Made by a program: the position numbers and the translations under genes
In this document: positions 11,568-24,878 of the stretch, piece by piece
Layout: the number at the start of each line of letters is the position of its first letter
Numbering within the stretch: position 1 is the first letter of the stretch
Notes under the pieces: model-generated
The model's input: only the letters and a program-made list of their open reading frames with translations
What the model was told of the DNA's origin: nothing
The model's database searches: none
Assembly (NCBI GenBank): GCA_047495785.1
Contig: JBLDXI010000056.1
Location: forward strand, 558,001 to 622,000
Direction: 5' to 3'
From: Lepidodermella squamata
Taxonomy: Eukaryota > Animalia > Gastrotricha
DNA length: 64,000 bases

Positions 11568-11879
11568 ATGCATCCAACTTTGGGACGTATCACTCTCGGC
11601 TTAGGCTTACTCTTCTTCGGCCATGCCTGCTTCTCAGCCATTCAATTTCAGTCTTTCGTAGCGGTCATGGAGCTGCAAGAAGCTGTTCGATTACCGCTCG
11701 ACATAATCGTTGAAAGTCTTATAGGCATGTTTCTAGCCAGCATTGGTGCCGTGGTGCTCAGTGGAAAGCTGAAGCCTTTGGACCCGTCTCGCGAGTACTC
11801 GGAGAAAACCTGGGACGAGCTCTCGAATCTGCCCTCGTTCAACCAATTCAACCACAGAGGTTCGCTCATTTTCCGATAG
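11568..11879 (+). CDS. EMC5: ER membrane protein complex subunit 5 / membrane magnesium transporter 1
   Basis: 103 aa with two hydrophobic segments, HACFSAIQ, LPLDIIVE and terminal PSFNQFNHRG, typical of EMC5/MMGT1. Confidence 0.88.
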   Translation: MHPTLGRITLGLGLLFFGHACFSAIQFQSFVAVMELQEAVRLPLDIIVESLIGMFLASIGAVVLSGKLKPLDPSREYSEKTWDELSNLPSFNQFNHRGSLIFR

Positions 11880-12266
11880 CGAAATTCTATGCAGATTGAA
11901 ATATTACGCTTTGTTTAGGTCAAAAGCTCAAAGGAATCTAGTCATCACGAGACCTCTGTTATTCTTGTTTTGATAATTTAAATTTAAGCTGTTAAAAAAG
12001 CTCAAAATGAATGAAATAAAACAACAAATTGTATGTGACGGCTTGCTTTATTTAACCTTACTTTGCTTTGATAGAGGACACTTTAAAAACTTGAAACTGT
12101 GTGCAATAACCGTGTGCAATACTTCCCCTGCCTTGCGAGCTAACAAACGGAAGCAAAGCATCTTTACCCATCCATCCACTCACAAAAAACGATAGATCGA
12201 AATAGCGATTCCGATTACGGGACAGACAGAGTGCTTTGCTGCTGATTGCTGATTGAGGAGTAGAAA

Positions 12267-15200
12267 ATGCCGGAAAACAACGGACAGCAACAAAATGCGC
12301 CGGGCTCGACGATGGCGAGCCTCGAATCGCGCGACTGCGTGTCTTTCCTGCTGACAAAACACTCGTGGCGCGGCAAACTGCGGCGCGTCTACTCGATCGG
12401 GCCGGCCGGCATCGTGACATCGAACCCGCAGACGCTGGAGGTGACGAACCGATGGGGTTGGTCGGACGTGTTCGGCGTGGTGCTGAATCCGAAAGTGCCG
12501 AACGAATTCACGCTGACGGTGCGCAAGGACCGCACGTCGCGCGACTCGATGCGCTTCTCGACCGAGTACCGCGCCGAGGTGCTCGTCGAGTGCCTGCGCT
12601 ACTGGCGCAAGTTCGCTGAGTCGCCGCTCGGCCGCGCCGGCACCAACGCCCGCCGCTTCGGCGCCACTAAACTACACTGGTCCGGCCAGTCGCTAGGCAT
12701 CGCCCTTGAGGTACTCATTTATTTTCTTTTGCGTTTCAAAAGCGTTTCAAAATCTTCAAAATTTTCCGGAATTTAGCTGAAATTAGGTTCCACGCAGAAT
12801 AATTGAATGCGCAAATTGGTTTTCTGAATCTCTCTGAAGATTCTCAGTTTTGCGCAAAATATTAGGCGATTTGATTCATTTTCAATATCTTTCCTTTCAA
12901 GTCTCGTTGCAATTAAATGCTCTATATAATCTGTATACTTTGTAGGTGGCTCCCGGCGCGTTGGAGCAATTCGACGTGTCGAACGGGCACTTGCTGTCGG
13001 CGTTCGCGTACACGGACGTGCACAGCCTGGCGCTGCTGAGCGAGTTCTCGCAGCCGGGCGTCGCGCTCGTCATGCACTCGTACGGCAAGCTGTACGGCTT
13101 TTTGTTCTCGGACACGGGCGCCCGCGACGCCTTCATCGGCGCCGTGCAAGAGGCCGCCGCCACCTACGTCGGGCACGCGCTCAAAGTCGCGAAAGAGCCC
13201 GTCACCAAGGACGTGTTCTTCGACAACAAATACGGCCGCTTCTCGGCCGACGAGTCGATGACCAGCTATGCCGAATTTACGGTCACTAAATTATCAAGTA
13301 AGTTTCCTGCGTTCATTCAAACATTCTTGACTTGAATGATTTCACTTTCGAAATGTTATTAATTTTGTCCCGCAATTAAATGATTGTTGTGTTGTTGTTG
13401 TTATGATGTAACCAGGAGGTGAGACTTGAGGTTGATTTAATGCTTGGTGATGGGTGAAAGGAAACAATGGGCGTTTTGCGCTTTTTCTGAAACTGCATCA
13501 CATTTTTGCTATCATCTTGCTTACAAACCGCGTGTCCCACAATTAACGATACCAAAGAAAAAATGATCGATCAGAAATTAGAAATCCCAACTCGAAAATC
13601 CACCATTGAATGAATATTAAACTGGAATTAAGTAGCCGCAGAGAAATTCGGTCCAACGACGTATGATACCGATAATTTCCGAACCATTTATGTAATCGGG
13701 GTGTTATAATCTAGGTTTTTCCGGTCAATTATGAATTTGTTCGATGAAGGGTTGGTAATGCTTTTCGGCTGGTTTGATTTTAGTCAAAAAAGACAAATTG
13801 CGCTTGTTGCGGGATACGCTATTCATAAAGTCTAGTAGTAATTTAAAGCCTAATGCCTATGTAATACGTATAATATGTTTGATATTGCAGCTCGCCTGGG
13901 GCAGTCGGTGCGGCGGCTGCTGGGCCTGTCGGACTCGTGCCTGATCGAGCGCGACCCGGCAACGTACAACGTGGTGACGCTGAAGCCGCTGGGCGACATC
14001 GTGTCGCTGGTGCGCGACCCGGAGGACGCGCAGCGCTTCTCGGTCGAGTTCGTCAACTACGCGACGCGGACGTACCTGTCGACGGAGCGCGACGCCCTGC
14101 TCGCGTCCATCGTCGACGGCGTGCGCGGCTCGGGCAACCTGGACGTGTTCGTGCGGAAGCGGCCGACGCCGTACGGCTACCGCCTCGGCTTCATGCGCTT
14201 CGCCGTCGAGGAGGAGATCGAGTCGCAGCACCTGAAGTTCGTCGTCAGCCCGCCGTCGAACATGTCGTGGCTGGAGGTGCTGCTGCGCTTCAACGCCAAC
14301 ATCGCGTACTCGGGCCTGCTGCACTCGGTGACGCAGGAGGGCATCTTCGCCGAGAACAAGGAGAAGCTCATCCTCGCCGCACTCACGGCCCTCATGCAGA
14401 CGGACACGTTCGCCACGCTGGCGCAGCAACAGCCCAACAGGCCAACAACAACAACCGCCGTGCAACAACCGGCTGCCATTCAGCAAGCTAATGCGGCCAC
14501 TACGACGGTTGCAGTGCAACAAAACGGCGGTGGCGACGAGTCAACAACGGCTACAACTACTACAACACCGACGCCTGCACCCGCTCCAGCGCCAGCGCAA
14601 CCGCCGCTGCAAGTTACCCCCGCGTCGGCAGCCGCTGAAACCATCGAAGCGGAACTGCACGCCTTCCGCCGGCTCATGGCGTCGAAAGCCGGCTTCATGG
14701 CATTCACGCGCCTGCGCAACCTCCGCGAATTTCTCGGCGTCAAGGTACCACCATCATTTTGCATCTTGAGTTCCTTTTCTTATACCTTGGTTGTATCTCG
14801 AACGAGCACTTTTATTAGGGCTTGTTCGAATTTCATAAAAATGCTAATTAGTAATGAATTAAAAAAGCGGAGAAGCTTGGTGGAAAACGAGTTGGATGTG
14901 TAAATTTAAGAATGCTTCGGTGTGTAGCTCCTGTAAGGCACTCAGCGTGCTCTAGCTGTATATTTAAGAGGTTTGTTATGTTCGCTCAGCCTCTTAAAGC
15001 CTAAGACCTCACCTAACTTTCTAATCAAACATCAAGCAGTAATATCGAATTTCGCATGCTCGCCATGGATCGACTGTGATAGTAGGGCTGTGGTAGATGA
15101 AAGCTTCTAGCACCTATCAAGAATAAGGCAATTGAATAAGTATTCATATTTGCTTGAAGTAGGGCAGGAAGCGGGTAGCGGTCCCTAAGAAAGTTTTCAA

Positions 15201-18200
15201 ATTGAGGTAGTAGAGGTGGCTACTGAAATCGGTTACGATTAAACTTGAAAATAATGTCTAATATTGTTCGATTTGTTTAGGTCGTGCGAGCGGTGCGTTG
15301 CGGCGACGACGCATTGGCGCACGCCGCCATCGACATGATCACGGCGTGCATGGCGCCGATGCACGCCGACTTCGACCTGCGCCAGGAACAGCTCAACAAG
15401 TCGTCGATCCTGTCGTCGCGCACCTTCGTCGAGTCCCTCCTCGACGCCATGGCGCTGCACATCAACCGCACGACGGGCGCGCTCTACATCGCCGCGATGC
15501 TCGACCTGTTGACCTTCACGCTGTCGCCGCCGTACTCGGAGACCACCGACGCGGCGCAGTTCGACGCCGTGCTCGACGCCGCCGGCAACATCGGCCGCGA
15601 GCTCTACCGCCTGTTCCAGCACCCGTCCGTCGCCATCGTGAAAGGCGCCGGGCTCGTCGTCAAGGCGATGATCGAGGAGGGCGACGAGGCGACCTCCGCG
15701 AAAATGCAGGAACTGGCGCTGGCGGAGGGCGCGCTGCCCCGCCACCTGCTCACCGCGCTCTTCACGCAGCCGGCGTCGGCGTCGGACACGCGGGCGCTCG
15801 CCTCGCGCCAACTCTCGCGCCACCTCGTCGCCATCTGGGCGACCGGCAACGAAATGGCGACGTCGATGCTGCGCCGCACCTTCCCGGCCGGCCTCGCCGA
15901 CTTCCTCGGCTCGGACGACCCGGTGCCGAGCGACGCGGAGGGCGACAAACTACACCAGCGCGACAACCTGAAGAGCGCCATGGGCCGGTCGAAGACGGGC
16001 CTGCTGCCGGCCCTGACGCCTCAGCTGCGCCAACTCGAACGCCACTTCGACGGGCTGATGACGCACTGGCGCGTGCGGCTACAGGCGCAGTGGAACACGG
16101 CGGCGCAGGTGGCGGGCGCGAAGCTGGAGATGCCGCAGCTGACGAAGCTGGCGATCGCGCCCGCCGCGCCGCCGCCGCCCAAGCCGGAGGAGCGGCCGGT
16201 GGTGCTGCGCAAACGCCGCCAGGCCGTCAACGTGGTCGCGAACTGGGACCTGTTCTACTACCATTTCGCGCAGGACCACGCGCGGCCAAACCTCATCTGG
16301 AACCTGAAGACGCGCTCCGAGCTGCGGCAGGCGCTCGAGAACGAGGTGCGCGGGCTCGCCGTCGACGTCGAGCTGTCGGGGCCGGCGTTCCGCATCGCGT
16401 GGAACCACGCCGAGTTCGCCGTCGCGTACGAGTGCCTGAAAGACGAGATCCGCATCGGCGACTTCTACCTGCGGCTGCTGCTCGAGGAGGAGCAGGCGTC
16501 GGAGGCGGGCCAATTGCTGAAGCAGCAACTGACGGAGATCGCGCGCGCCAAGGAGCTGTTCTTCGAGGTGTACCACCGGTTCCTGATCGCGCACAAGACG
16601 GCGATGCGGTCGCTGTGCCTGCAGGCGCTCGCCATCGTGTATGGCCGCTGCCACGGCGACATTGGGCCCTTCTCCGATACGCGCTTCGTCGTATCGATGC
16701 TGTCGCGGTCGACGGATCGGTTGGAGCGCGACCGACTCGTCGGCTTCATCGCCAAGTTGATGTTGTGCCGCGAGAACGCGCGCGAACTCATCGACGAAAA
16801 CGGGCTGCGCATCCTTGTCGACTTGGTCACCCTGGCGCACTTGCACACGCAGCGCGCGACCGTGCCGATGCAGTCGAACGTACTGGAGGCCGGGCCGTCG
16901 GCGGGCAAGCGCGGCGACACCGAAAAGGAATGGTTCTACCTGTCTGCCCCGGCGCAGGGCGGCGAAGCTAGTCAGCAGCAGCAGACGCCTAGCAGTAGCA
17001 ACAAAGTGGGTCCGTTGTCGTGGACCGAGTTGAAGGAGGCCGTCGCGGAAGGGCTGGTCACGGCGAAGACGCAGGTGTGGGTGCCGGGGCTGGCGGGGTG
17101 GCGGCCGGCCGCCGAGGTGCCGCAGGTGCGGTGGTCGTGCCTGGCGACGGGCACGCCGGTGTACACGGAGTCGGAACTCGCCGCCGCCATCCTGTCGATC
17201 CTGCAGCGCGTGCTGTCGTACTACCCGCCGCGCGACGCCTTCGACGCCGTCATCCGGCCCGTCGCCAAGGCGCGCCAGGTGCTGTCGGACGCGACGTGCC
17301 TGCCGCACATCGTGCAACTGCTGCTCACGTTCGACCCGCTGCTCGTCGAACGCACCACCTCCCTGCTGCACTCCATCATCGTCGACAACCCCGTACGTAA
17401 CGTCTTTCTATATTATATTCTATACGTCTTCAATTCAATTGATTTGCAAGCGAGTAATAATAGTCTTGTAACGACATAAGAATAGTAGTATAGTATAGTA
17501 GTCGGGTGCCGCCGAATGACACCGAAAGATTGCAAAGGGGGAAAATGCTTTCTACCATCAATTTTGGGGTTTTCACTATCAAATTAGCGCTTTCACCAAC
17601 GAAACGGAAACAGCCATCAATTGTATGTACTTTTGTCAACAGAACGGGTTTTTTCTCCAACAAATCCGAAAATACCCGCTGATTTAGTCGAAAGCTGTTC
17701 AAAACATAGCCAAATGGCGTGCCATATCGTTGGCGCGGACGGAAATTTCGGCTTTGGGATTTTTCATGTCACTTTTGAAGTGAAAGTCTTATTCATGTCA
17801 ATTATAAAGCATGAAATCTCCATACTTTCATATAATTATTACCTTATAGTATTACCTTAAAACTGACATGAGCAGGCTCTAATTCCTCTGCCATTGTGTG
17901 ACCACTTTTTACTATGTGCATGACTTTTCCATGCAAAAGCATAGGAGAAAGAAATTAGCACGCTCAAGTGCGCTGACGTGGTTCGCCAAGTCTCGAACAG
18001 CTTTCGACTAAATCAGCGGGAATTCTCGGATTCGTTTGAGAGAAAATCCATCTTGCTGGCGAAAACGTCTAAATTGATGGCGGTTGAGGTTTTTTTGGCG
18101 AAAGCCACAAAATTGATGGTAGAAAGCATTTTCCCCTTGCAAAATAACGAGACGGAAACTGATATAGCCACACCATGAAAAGCTGACATGACTATTTTCT

Positions 18201-21200
18201 CGACAAAATCTTAGGGTAGAGCCTCAAAACGCGAAAAGCCAGTATGTAAGACATGTTTTACGCGAATATCTAAATTATTGCGATATAGATGGAGCGCATC
18301 ATCCGTGTGATTGTTATTTTGCGATATGGATTTTTACAAGTATTCGAAAATAATGTTGATTGTCTGTTACATAATATTACAGATACTGCCGCGTTTCTTC
18401 CTGAGCGGCGCGTTCTTCTTCCTGCTGATGTACACGGGCTCGAACGTGATGCCGATGGCGAACCTGCTGAAATACGCGCACACGAAGCAGGCGTTCCGGT
18501 CGGACGAGCCGGCGGCATCGACGTCGGAGCTGCTCGCGCGCTCCATCCTGTCGCCGATGCTGCCCGAGGCGATGGTGTACTACCTGGAGAACTACCCGGT
18601 CGAGGAGTTCGCCCGCGTCTACCTCGGCGACTTCGACACGCCCGAGGCGATCTGGAACGCGGACATGCGCCGCTACCTGATCCAGCGCATCGCCCTGCAC
18701 CTCGCCGACTACTCGCCGCGCCTGCTCACCAACACGCGCCTGCCCTACCCGTACTGTGCCATTCCACACGTTGCCTATCCGGTAAGTTGTTATCCTATTT
18801 AACAACACATATCTAAGTTCATTGTTGTATATTCATAACTAGCAACTGGAGCGTGAACTGTTCTGCGGCCAGTACTACCTGCGGCACCTGTGCGACACGG
18901 CGCGCTTCCCCGACTGGCCGATCCGCGAACCGGTCGCCCTACTCAAAGCCGTGCTCGAGGCGTGGCGCAGCGAGGTGGAGAAGAAGCCGGCGGCGATGAG
19001 CGTCGGCGACGCGCTCGAGACGCTGAAGCTGGACCGCACGACGCCGGTGGAGGATGCGCCGGCGATCCGACGCGCCTACTTCCGCCTCGCGCAAAAGTAC
19101 CACCCGGACAAGAACCCGTCGCCCGAGGCGCGCGAGCTCTTCGAGACCGTCAACAAGGCGTACGAGTTCCTGTGCTCGAAGGAGCGCCTCGCCTCCGGGC
19201 CCGACCTCAACAACATCTCGCTGATCCTGCGCGCGCAGTCCATCCTGTTCGAGCGCTACGCCGACGTCCTCCGCCCGTACAAGTACGCCGGCTACACGCA
19301 GCTCATCGCAACCATTGGTTAGTTGCAGCCTTTTATACCTACATACATAACTACCTCAGCCTACCCAATCTTCTCCTCTCATCAACTAATGTAGTATAGA
19401 GAATGAAAATTTGCTTTTTCTCTTCCCAATCGTTTGAATTTTTCAACTATAGTCATATGGTGAGGGTCCCGAAATATTGGAACGCAAATTATTGGTAATG
19501 CGAATTTGAAAACCTAGCACACATTTAAGTTTTTCAAATGTTCGAAAAATCTAATTGTGACCATCTTCGACTCATTTTCCAAAAAGAGTTATCGGTCAAG
19601 GTCAAGAATAATCAATAATTGACTTTTTCAATGAATTTCAAATTTCAAAATAAGTGCTAAACTGTTTTTGTCAACTTTTGCAGAGCTGGAAACCAACGAC
19701 GATCAGTTGTTTTCGAAAGGCGTCTCGCTGCTGGCGGATGCGACCGAACTGGCGGTAAGTTGTGCTAACGACTATCATTTTACTATTGGTGCTATTGAAA
19801 ACGTGTTAACAGTACTGGACAATGCGGTGCAGTCCGTTGAACGCGGAAGAGCTGCGGCGCGAGAACGGACTGGCGTCGCTGCAGAAGGCGTTCTCGCGGT
19901 GCGTCGCCGTGCTGGGCGCGTCGTCGAAGCCGGACGACACGGCGGCGGCGGTGTGCACGAACGTGGCGCGGTGCTACGCCGTCGCGGCGTCCTTCCCCGC
20001 CGGCCGCCTCGTGCTGTACGCGGACGCGAGCGTCGTCGCCGACCTGTGCCGCGCGCTCTACTTCGCGCACCTGACGCGGCTGTGCGCGGCCGTGGCGGAG
20101 GCGATCGGCCAGCTCGCCGAGTCGTCGGAACTCGTGACGGCGCTGCTGCACGCCGGCGCGCTCTACCACCTGCTGCTCCGCCTCTTCGACTACGACTGGA
20201 CGCTGGAGGAGGGCGGCGTGGAGAAGGGCCGCGACTCGAACCGCCAGGAGCTGGCGAACGAGCTCGCGCGCCACTGCTACGGCGCCGTCGTGCGCATGGC
20301 CGGCTACGCGGTCGAGCGCGACCACGTCACGCTCGCGCACCTCGACGTGCGCAAGTGCCTGCGCCCGATGCTGACGCCGTACGTGTGCGCGCGCTCGCAG
20401 GTGAGCACCGACACGGGCAAGGCGCCGCTGGACGCCAACGCCGTCCTCAAACTGCTCAACTCGAATTCGGAGACGCCGCTGTTCATCTGGAACAACGCGC
20501 TGCGCTCCGAGCTCATGGCGTACCTCGCGCACGAGCAGCAGCGGAAGGTGCGCACGGGCGAGTGCGACCCCACGCTCGGCGCCGCCTTCGAGTTCGAAGA
20601 CCTCAAGAACGAACTGGTCGTCGGCGATGTGTACCTGCGCGTGTACAATGCCCAGCCGACCTTCGTCGTCGACGACCCGCGCACCTTCGCCCTGCGCCTG
20701 CTCGACTTCGTCGGCTCGCAGACGCAGTACCTGCTGTCGCTCGACAACATGTCCAACAACGCAGCAGCTGCCGCCGCGTCTTCGTCATCGCCGCAACCAC
20801 AGCAGCATGGCGGAATACTGCAACCGACGCCCGTTGTCAGCAACGTCATGGACAGCCCTGGTGACAATCTACCGGCGCCACTCGTGCCCACCCCAGCCGG
20901 GCCTCTGGCTAGTAGTAAGCCGAAAGCAATGTCACCGCAACCAGCAGCCGCCCCGCAGTCGCCGACCACGGCTGCGTCGGCGGCGATCAGCGTGCAAGAA
21001 CGCGTGGAGCGCATCGAAGCGGCGCTGGAGGCGCTGCGCAACGTGCTGACGCACAACGCCGGCATCGAGGCGGTGTGCATCGGCCACTTCCGCATGCTGC
21101 TCAGTCTGCTGCTGCTGCCGGGCGCGTCGGCGCGCGTGCACCTGCACGCCGTCGAGATCGTGAGCCGCGTCGCGTCGAACGGGGACTGCGTCACCGACCT

Positions 21201-23203
21201 CGCGGCCGCCGACATGCTGCACTGCCTGCTGTGCGCCTCGCACTCGACCATGCCGCTCGCCAGCGCGTCGAAAGACAACGCGCCGCTGCAGCTGCTGCTC
21301 GAGACACTCGCCGCGCTCATGGTGTCGTCGCGCATCGTCAAGGAGGCGATCGCCAAGGGCGCGCTCGTCTACTGCCTCGACGTGTTCATCGGCCACCCGA
21401 ACGCCGAACTGCGCGCACTCGCCGCCACTCTGCTATCGCGCATGTAAGTCTACTTGCTGTTTTACTTTTACCTTATTACGAGTTGTGTTGGCTTGGCGGG
21501 AACTGACTATAGTGAAAATGAGGTGAACCACCAGGCATACGTAACTACATTTGCTCATAATAGGCCAGTCATGTTCTATGCTGATTCTAGCTGATATCGG
21601 ATAATCACTTGGGAACTTTATCATTAGTTATCAGATGGCTGTTTCCTATCACAGACTGTTGACAATTAGAAGCGAGGAGATTTGCGAATTTTCCAAGGAA
21701 ATCGCAAATTTTGCGTGTTGTTTTTGAAATTATCGATCCTGACTTGGACTTTGCGCGAGACCTGTTTCTAGTAGATTTTGAAAGCTACACGAGCATCTCA
21801 CATTGTTAGAAAGTTTCGCCCAACTCGTCTTGATCACTTGTTGGCGGTCTCATGTTACTCAAGTGTGGAATATTTTTGGAAAACGCTCAAAATACATAGC
21901 TTTTGTAGCTCCTGAAGATCGAGGCAACCAAAACATTCCTTTTGAAAACAACATGCGTTAAATTCACAAAACTTTATTATTTACCCGATTATTCTTCCTC
22001 TTAAAACACGTTGTTTTCTTGTATAGGCTTGCGGACAAGCTGCACGGGCCGCGCGTTCGCATATTGCTGGCGAAATTCCTGCCGGTGATATTCGCGGACG
22101 CGATGCGGGACGCACCCGACACGGCGTGCCACCTGTTCGACAACAACCAGGAGAACCCGGAGCTGATCTGGAACGACGACAGCCGGCGGCGCGTGACCAG
22201 TGCCGTGGGCAAGCTGTCGCAGTCGCTGCTGGCGAAGCACCGCCGCATGGGCGCCGCGCCGTCGGAGCTGCGCTTCGAGCCCACCGACGCCGAACTCGCG
22301 CCCGTGCTCGCCGAGCTCAACGACGAGGTGACGGTGGCCGGCGTGTACCTACGCCTGTACCTCGCCAACCCCGGCTGGGTGCTGCGCCGGCCGCGCGAGT
22401 TCCTCGTCGAGCTCATGGAGCGCTGGTCGTCGGAAGCCGAGCAGATCAACAACGGCCAGCAGGCGCAGTCGGACCTGCTCGAGACGCTGACGCGGAGTGT
22501 CGTCGTGTGCCTGGCGACGCAGCCGGGCCTCGTCGACCAGCTGCCGGCCATGGGCTCGCTGCCGCGCTTCGTCTCGCTCATGAACAGCGCGCGCTCGCAG
22601 CAGTCGGCCGCCGCGTGCCTGCGCGTGCTGCAGCCGATGGCCGGCAACAGTGGGGTCGCCTCCGCGCTCGCGCACATCGACGCGTGCTGCGGCGCCATCA
22701 AGACGGCGATGCGCACCGCCAAGACGGCGGCGATCGGCTCCAGCGCCGAAGCGTTGTCTGCGCTGTTCTCGCACCGCGAAGAGGCGTTCGGCGTGCAGGC
22801 GCTGCGCGTCGAGCTCGTGCCGTTCCTGGTGCGCGTGCTCGAGGTGCCGCTGAGCGGCGTCGACGGCGCCTCTGCCGTGAAGGCGCACATCGTGAACGCG
22901 CTCAAGGCGCTGGCGGCGCTGCCGCTGAACGGCGCCGCCATCAGCGAGCAGCTTGCCAAGTCGCCGGCGTGGAAGGACTACGCCGACCAGCGCCACGACC
23001 TGTTCATCGCCGACGCGCCCAAACTGGCGGCGCTTGCAGCCCCGACCACGGCCGGCTACCTGACGGCGGCGACGGGCGGCTCGAACCTGGCGCCACGCAC
23101 CGCGGCGTCGGCGCTGTCGGCGGCGGACGCGGGCGGGCCGATGGCGATCATGGCGCCGCCGACGTCGAGCGCCTACGCCAACTTGCAGCCGCCCGACTTC
23201 TAG
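12267..23203 (+). CDS. DNAJC13: DnaJ homolog subfamily C member 13 (RME-8); exons 12267-12710, 12946-13297, 13891-14744, 15281-17392, 18383-18781, 18843-19317, 19684-19754, 19813-21443, 22027-23203
   Basis: TKHSWRGK N-terminus, four IWN repeats (LIWN, AIWN, FIWN, LIWN), a GYF_2-like segment (EWFY...GPLS...VW.PG..GW) and an internal J domain (YHPDKNP). All GT-AG junctions are in phase. Confidence 0.96.
17537..18136. mobile_element. ~600-bp MITE / non-autonomous TIR element in DNAJC13 intron 4
   Basis: GGGG(G)AAAATGCTTTCTACCATCAATTTTG at the left is mirrored at the right end. The imperfect inversion extends ~150-170 bp (GCTGATTTAGTCGAAAGCTGTTC at ~17678 vs its complement at ~17995). Flanking direct repeat TTGCAAA at 17530-17536 and 18137-18143. 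Confidence 0.8.
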
Positions 23204-24878
23204 CTCGTCTACATTGGTGGTGTTCAATGCCTGCCTGCCTACACGTCTACACTGCTTCCGCGTGTGCTCTTCTTCGCCGATCCAGCTGATTCATACTATT
23301 CACACAACTGTGCCCGTTGCTATTACATTTACGATAACTACAATATTACTACGTATAGAGAACGCCGTCTTTTATCTTGCGCCGTGTACATACGTGTCGT
23401 TGCTCTCTTTGCTTGCAAATGTCTGTGATTGATTTCTATAGCTTCTATAAACTATCTATACAATAGTGATTGGTTAACTAACTATTTAGTGACGGACTAC
23501 GTGATGCGTTGATTATTATTATTATTGCTATTATGAAACTCTGATGGTGAATTTGTACTATCTACGATATCTACGATCAATCGACGACGGGCTTCCTTCC
23601 TCGTTCAACCGACTTTTTGTACCAAATGCTCCTTATATGCGTTTTATCCCAACTCGGACAAAACAATGCGTGTGTCGAGTGCCGTCCGTCCGTCCGTCAT
23701 TTGCCTTCAGCCCATTCATTTCTTACAGTTGCAACTGATTTTGTAGTCGATTTTGTGTCGATTTGACACGTTTAAATGAAATCTATCTGAATGACACGCA
23801 GGTGACATATTATCTGAAGAAAGTGCAATTATTGGAACGTCCTTGACGTCATTGACAACCGTAGTCATATTATGATGTTTTGTTGTACCTACCCTATTCG
23901 GGAGATGTTCTTTCTTGTCTCGTGGCGAACTCGTGGTTTAAAGGGGCTTTTCTTCAATTTACCCGTGTGAATTAAGGAACTGTAGTTGTAATAATGGTCA
24001 AGTCCATCGCCGATGACATTGCACAATAATGGTTAAGAAATGCAGCCAAGCTGCTGCTGCTGCACGAACACACAACATCATTCAATTTGTATTCCGCCGG
24101 TTTTGCTCGAATGAACCAAATAATAATAATAATTGTACAAGTGATGATGATTCCAAAGACATTTTAATGAATATTTGTACCTAAGCGTGTACAGGTGGTA
24201 CGAGGTGCTATAGTTTCACTGTCATTCTGTGCAGCTCATTCTAGTACTGATAGATAGATAAATACGATACGATACGATATGTGATTGCTACAAGCATTGG
24301 ATTGTCCACCAATCAATCAGCTGAAAGAGTTGTCTATTTTTACAAATAATGATAACTGTCGCCGCCGCCACTGGTATGCATCAGCTATTGCTGTAATGTC
24401 GTTGAAAAGTTACTCCTGATATATTTGTAAATAGCCTCTTGGTCGTGTCATCGTACAGCAGAAATTCGAAAGCTTTCTATATATATTATTGTATCTATTG
24501 ATGATGATTTTTCGCAGCGATTGAACAATTGATTATAATTATTTCAGAGTTATTATTACAACTTATCATTATCAATGTTATAATGACGTGTGCATCGCAT
24601 TGCAATATGATGATGATGATATAATATAAATGCTGACTGAGTCTATTCTAGAAAAATGAAATGAAATGCGAATAAAAAATGGTGAACCATCGATGATTGA
24701 TCCAACTGGAAATAATTACATTCATCAATTATAGAATGTTGTTATAAATGTACTGTCGTGACGCTTGTGTTGTTGTTGTCGTCGCCATGTTGTGGTCTTC
24801 GCTGGACCTTCCTGCGATAACTACCCCTGCGATAATACCCCGACTATAGCAGCAACCTATACAAGAAATCCCCCATCC

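Noticed and set aside
13857-23289. Long alternative-frame and antisense ORFs (e.g. 15298-16971 +, 16079-17371 -, 20304-21356 -, 22126-23289 +)
   Set aside because: Shadows of the high-GC3 DNAJC13 exons; Arg/Ala/Gly-rich with no motifs
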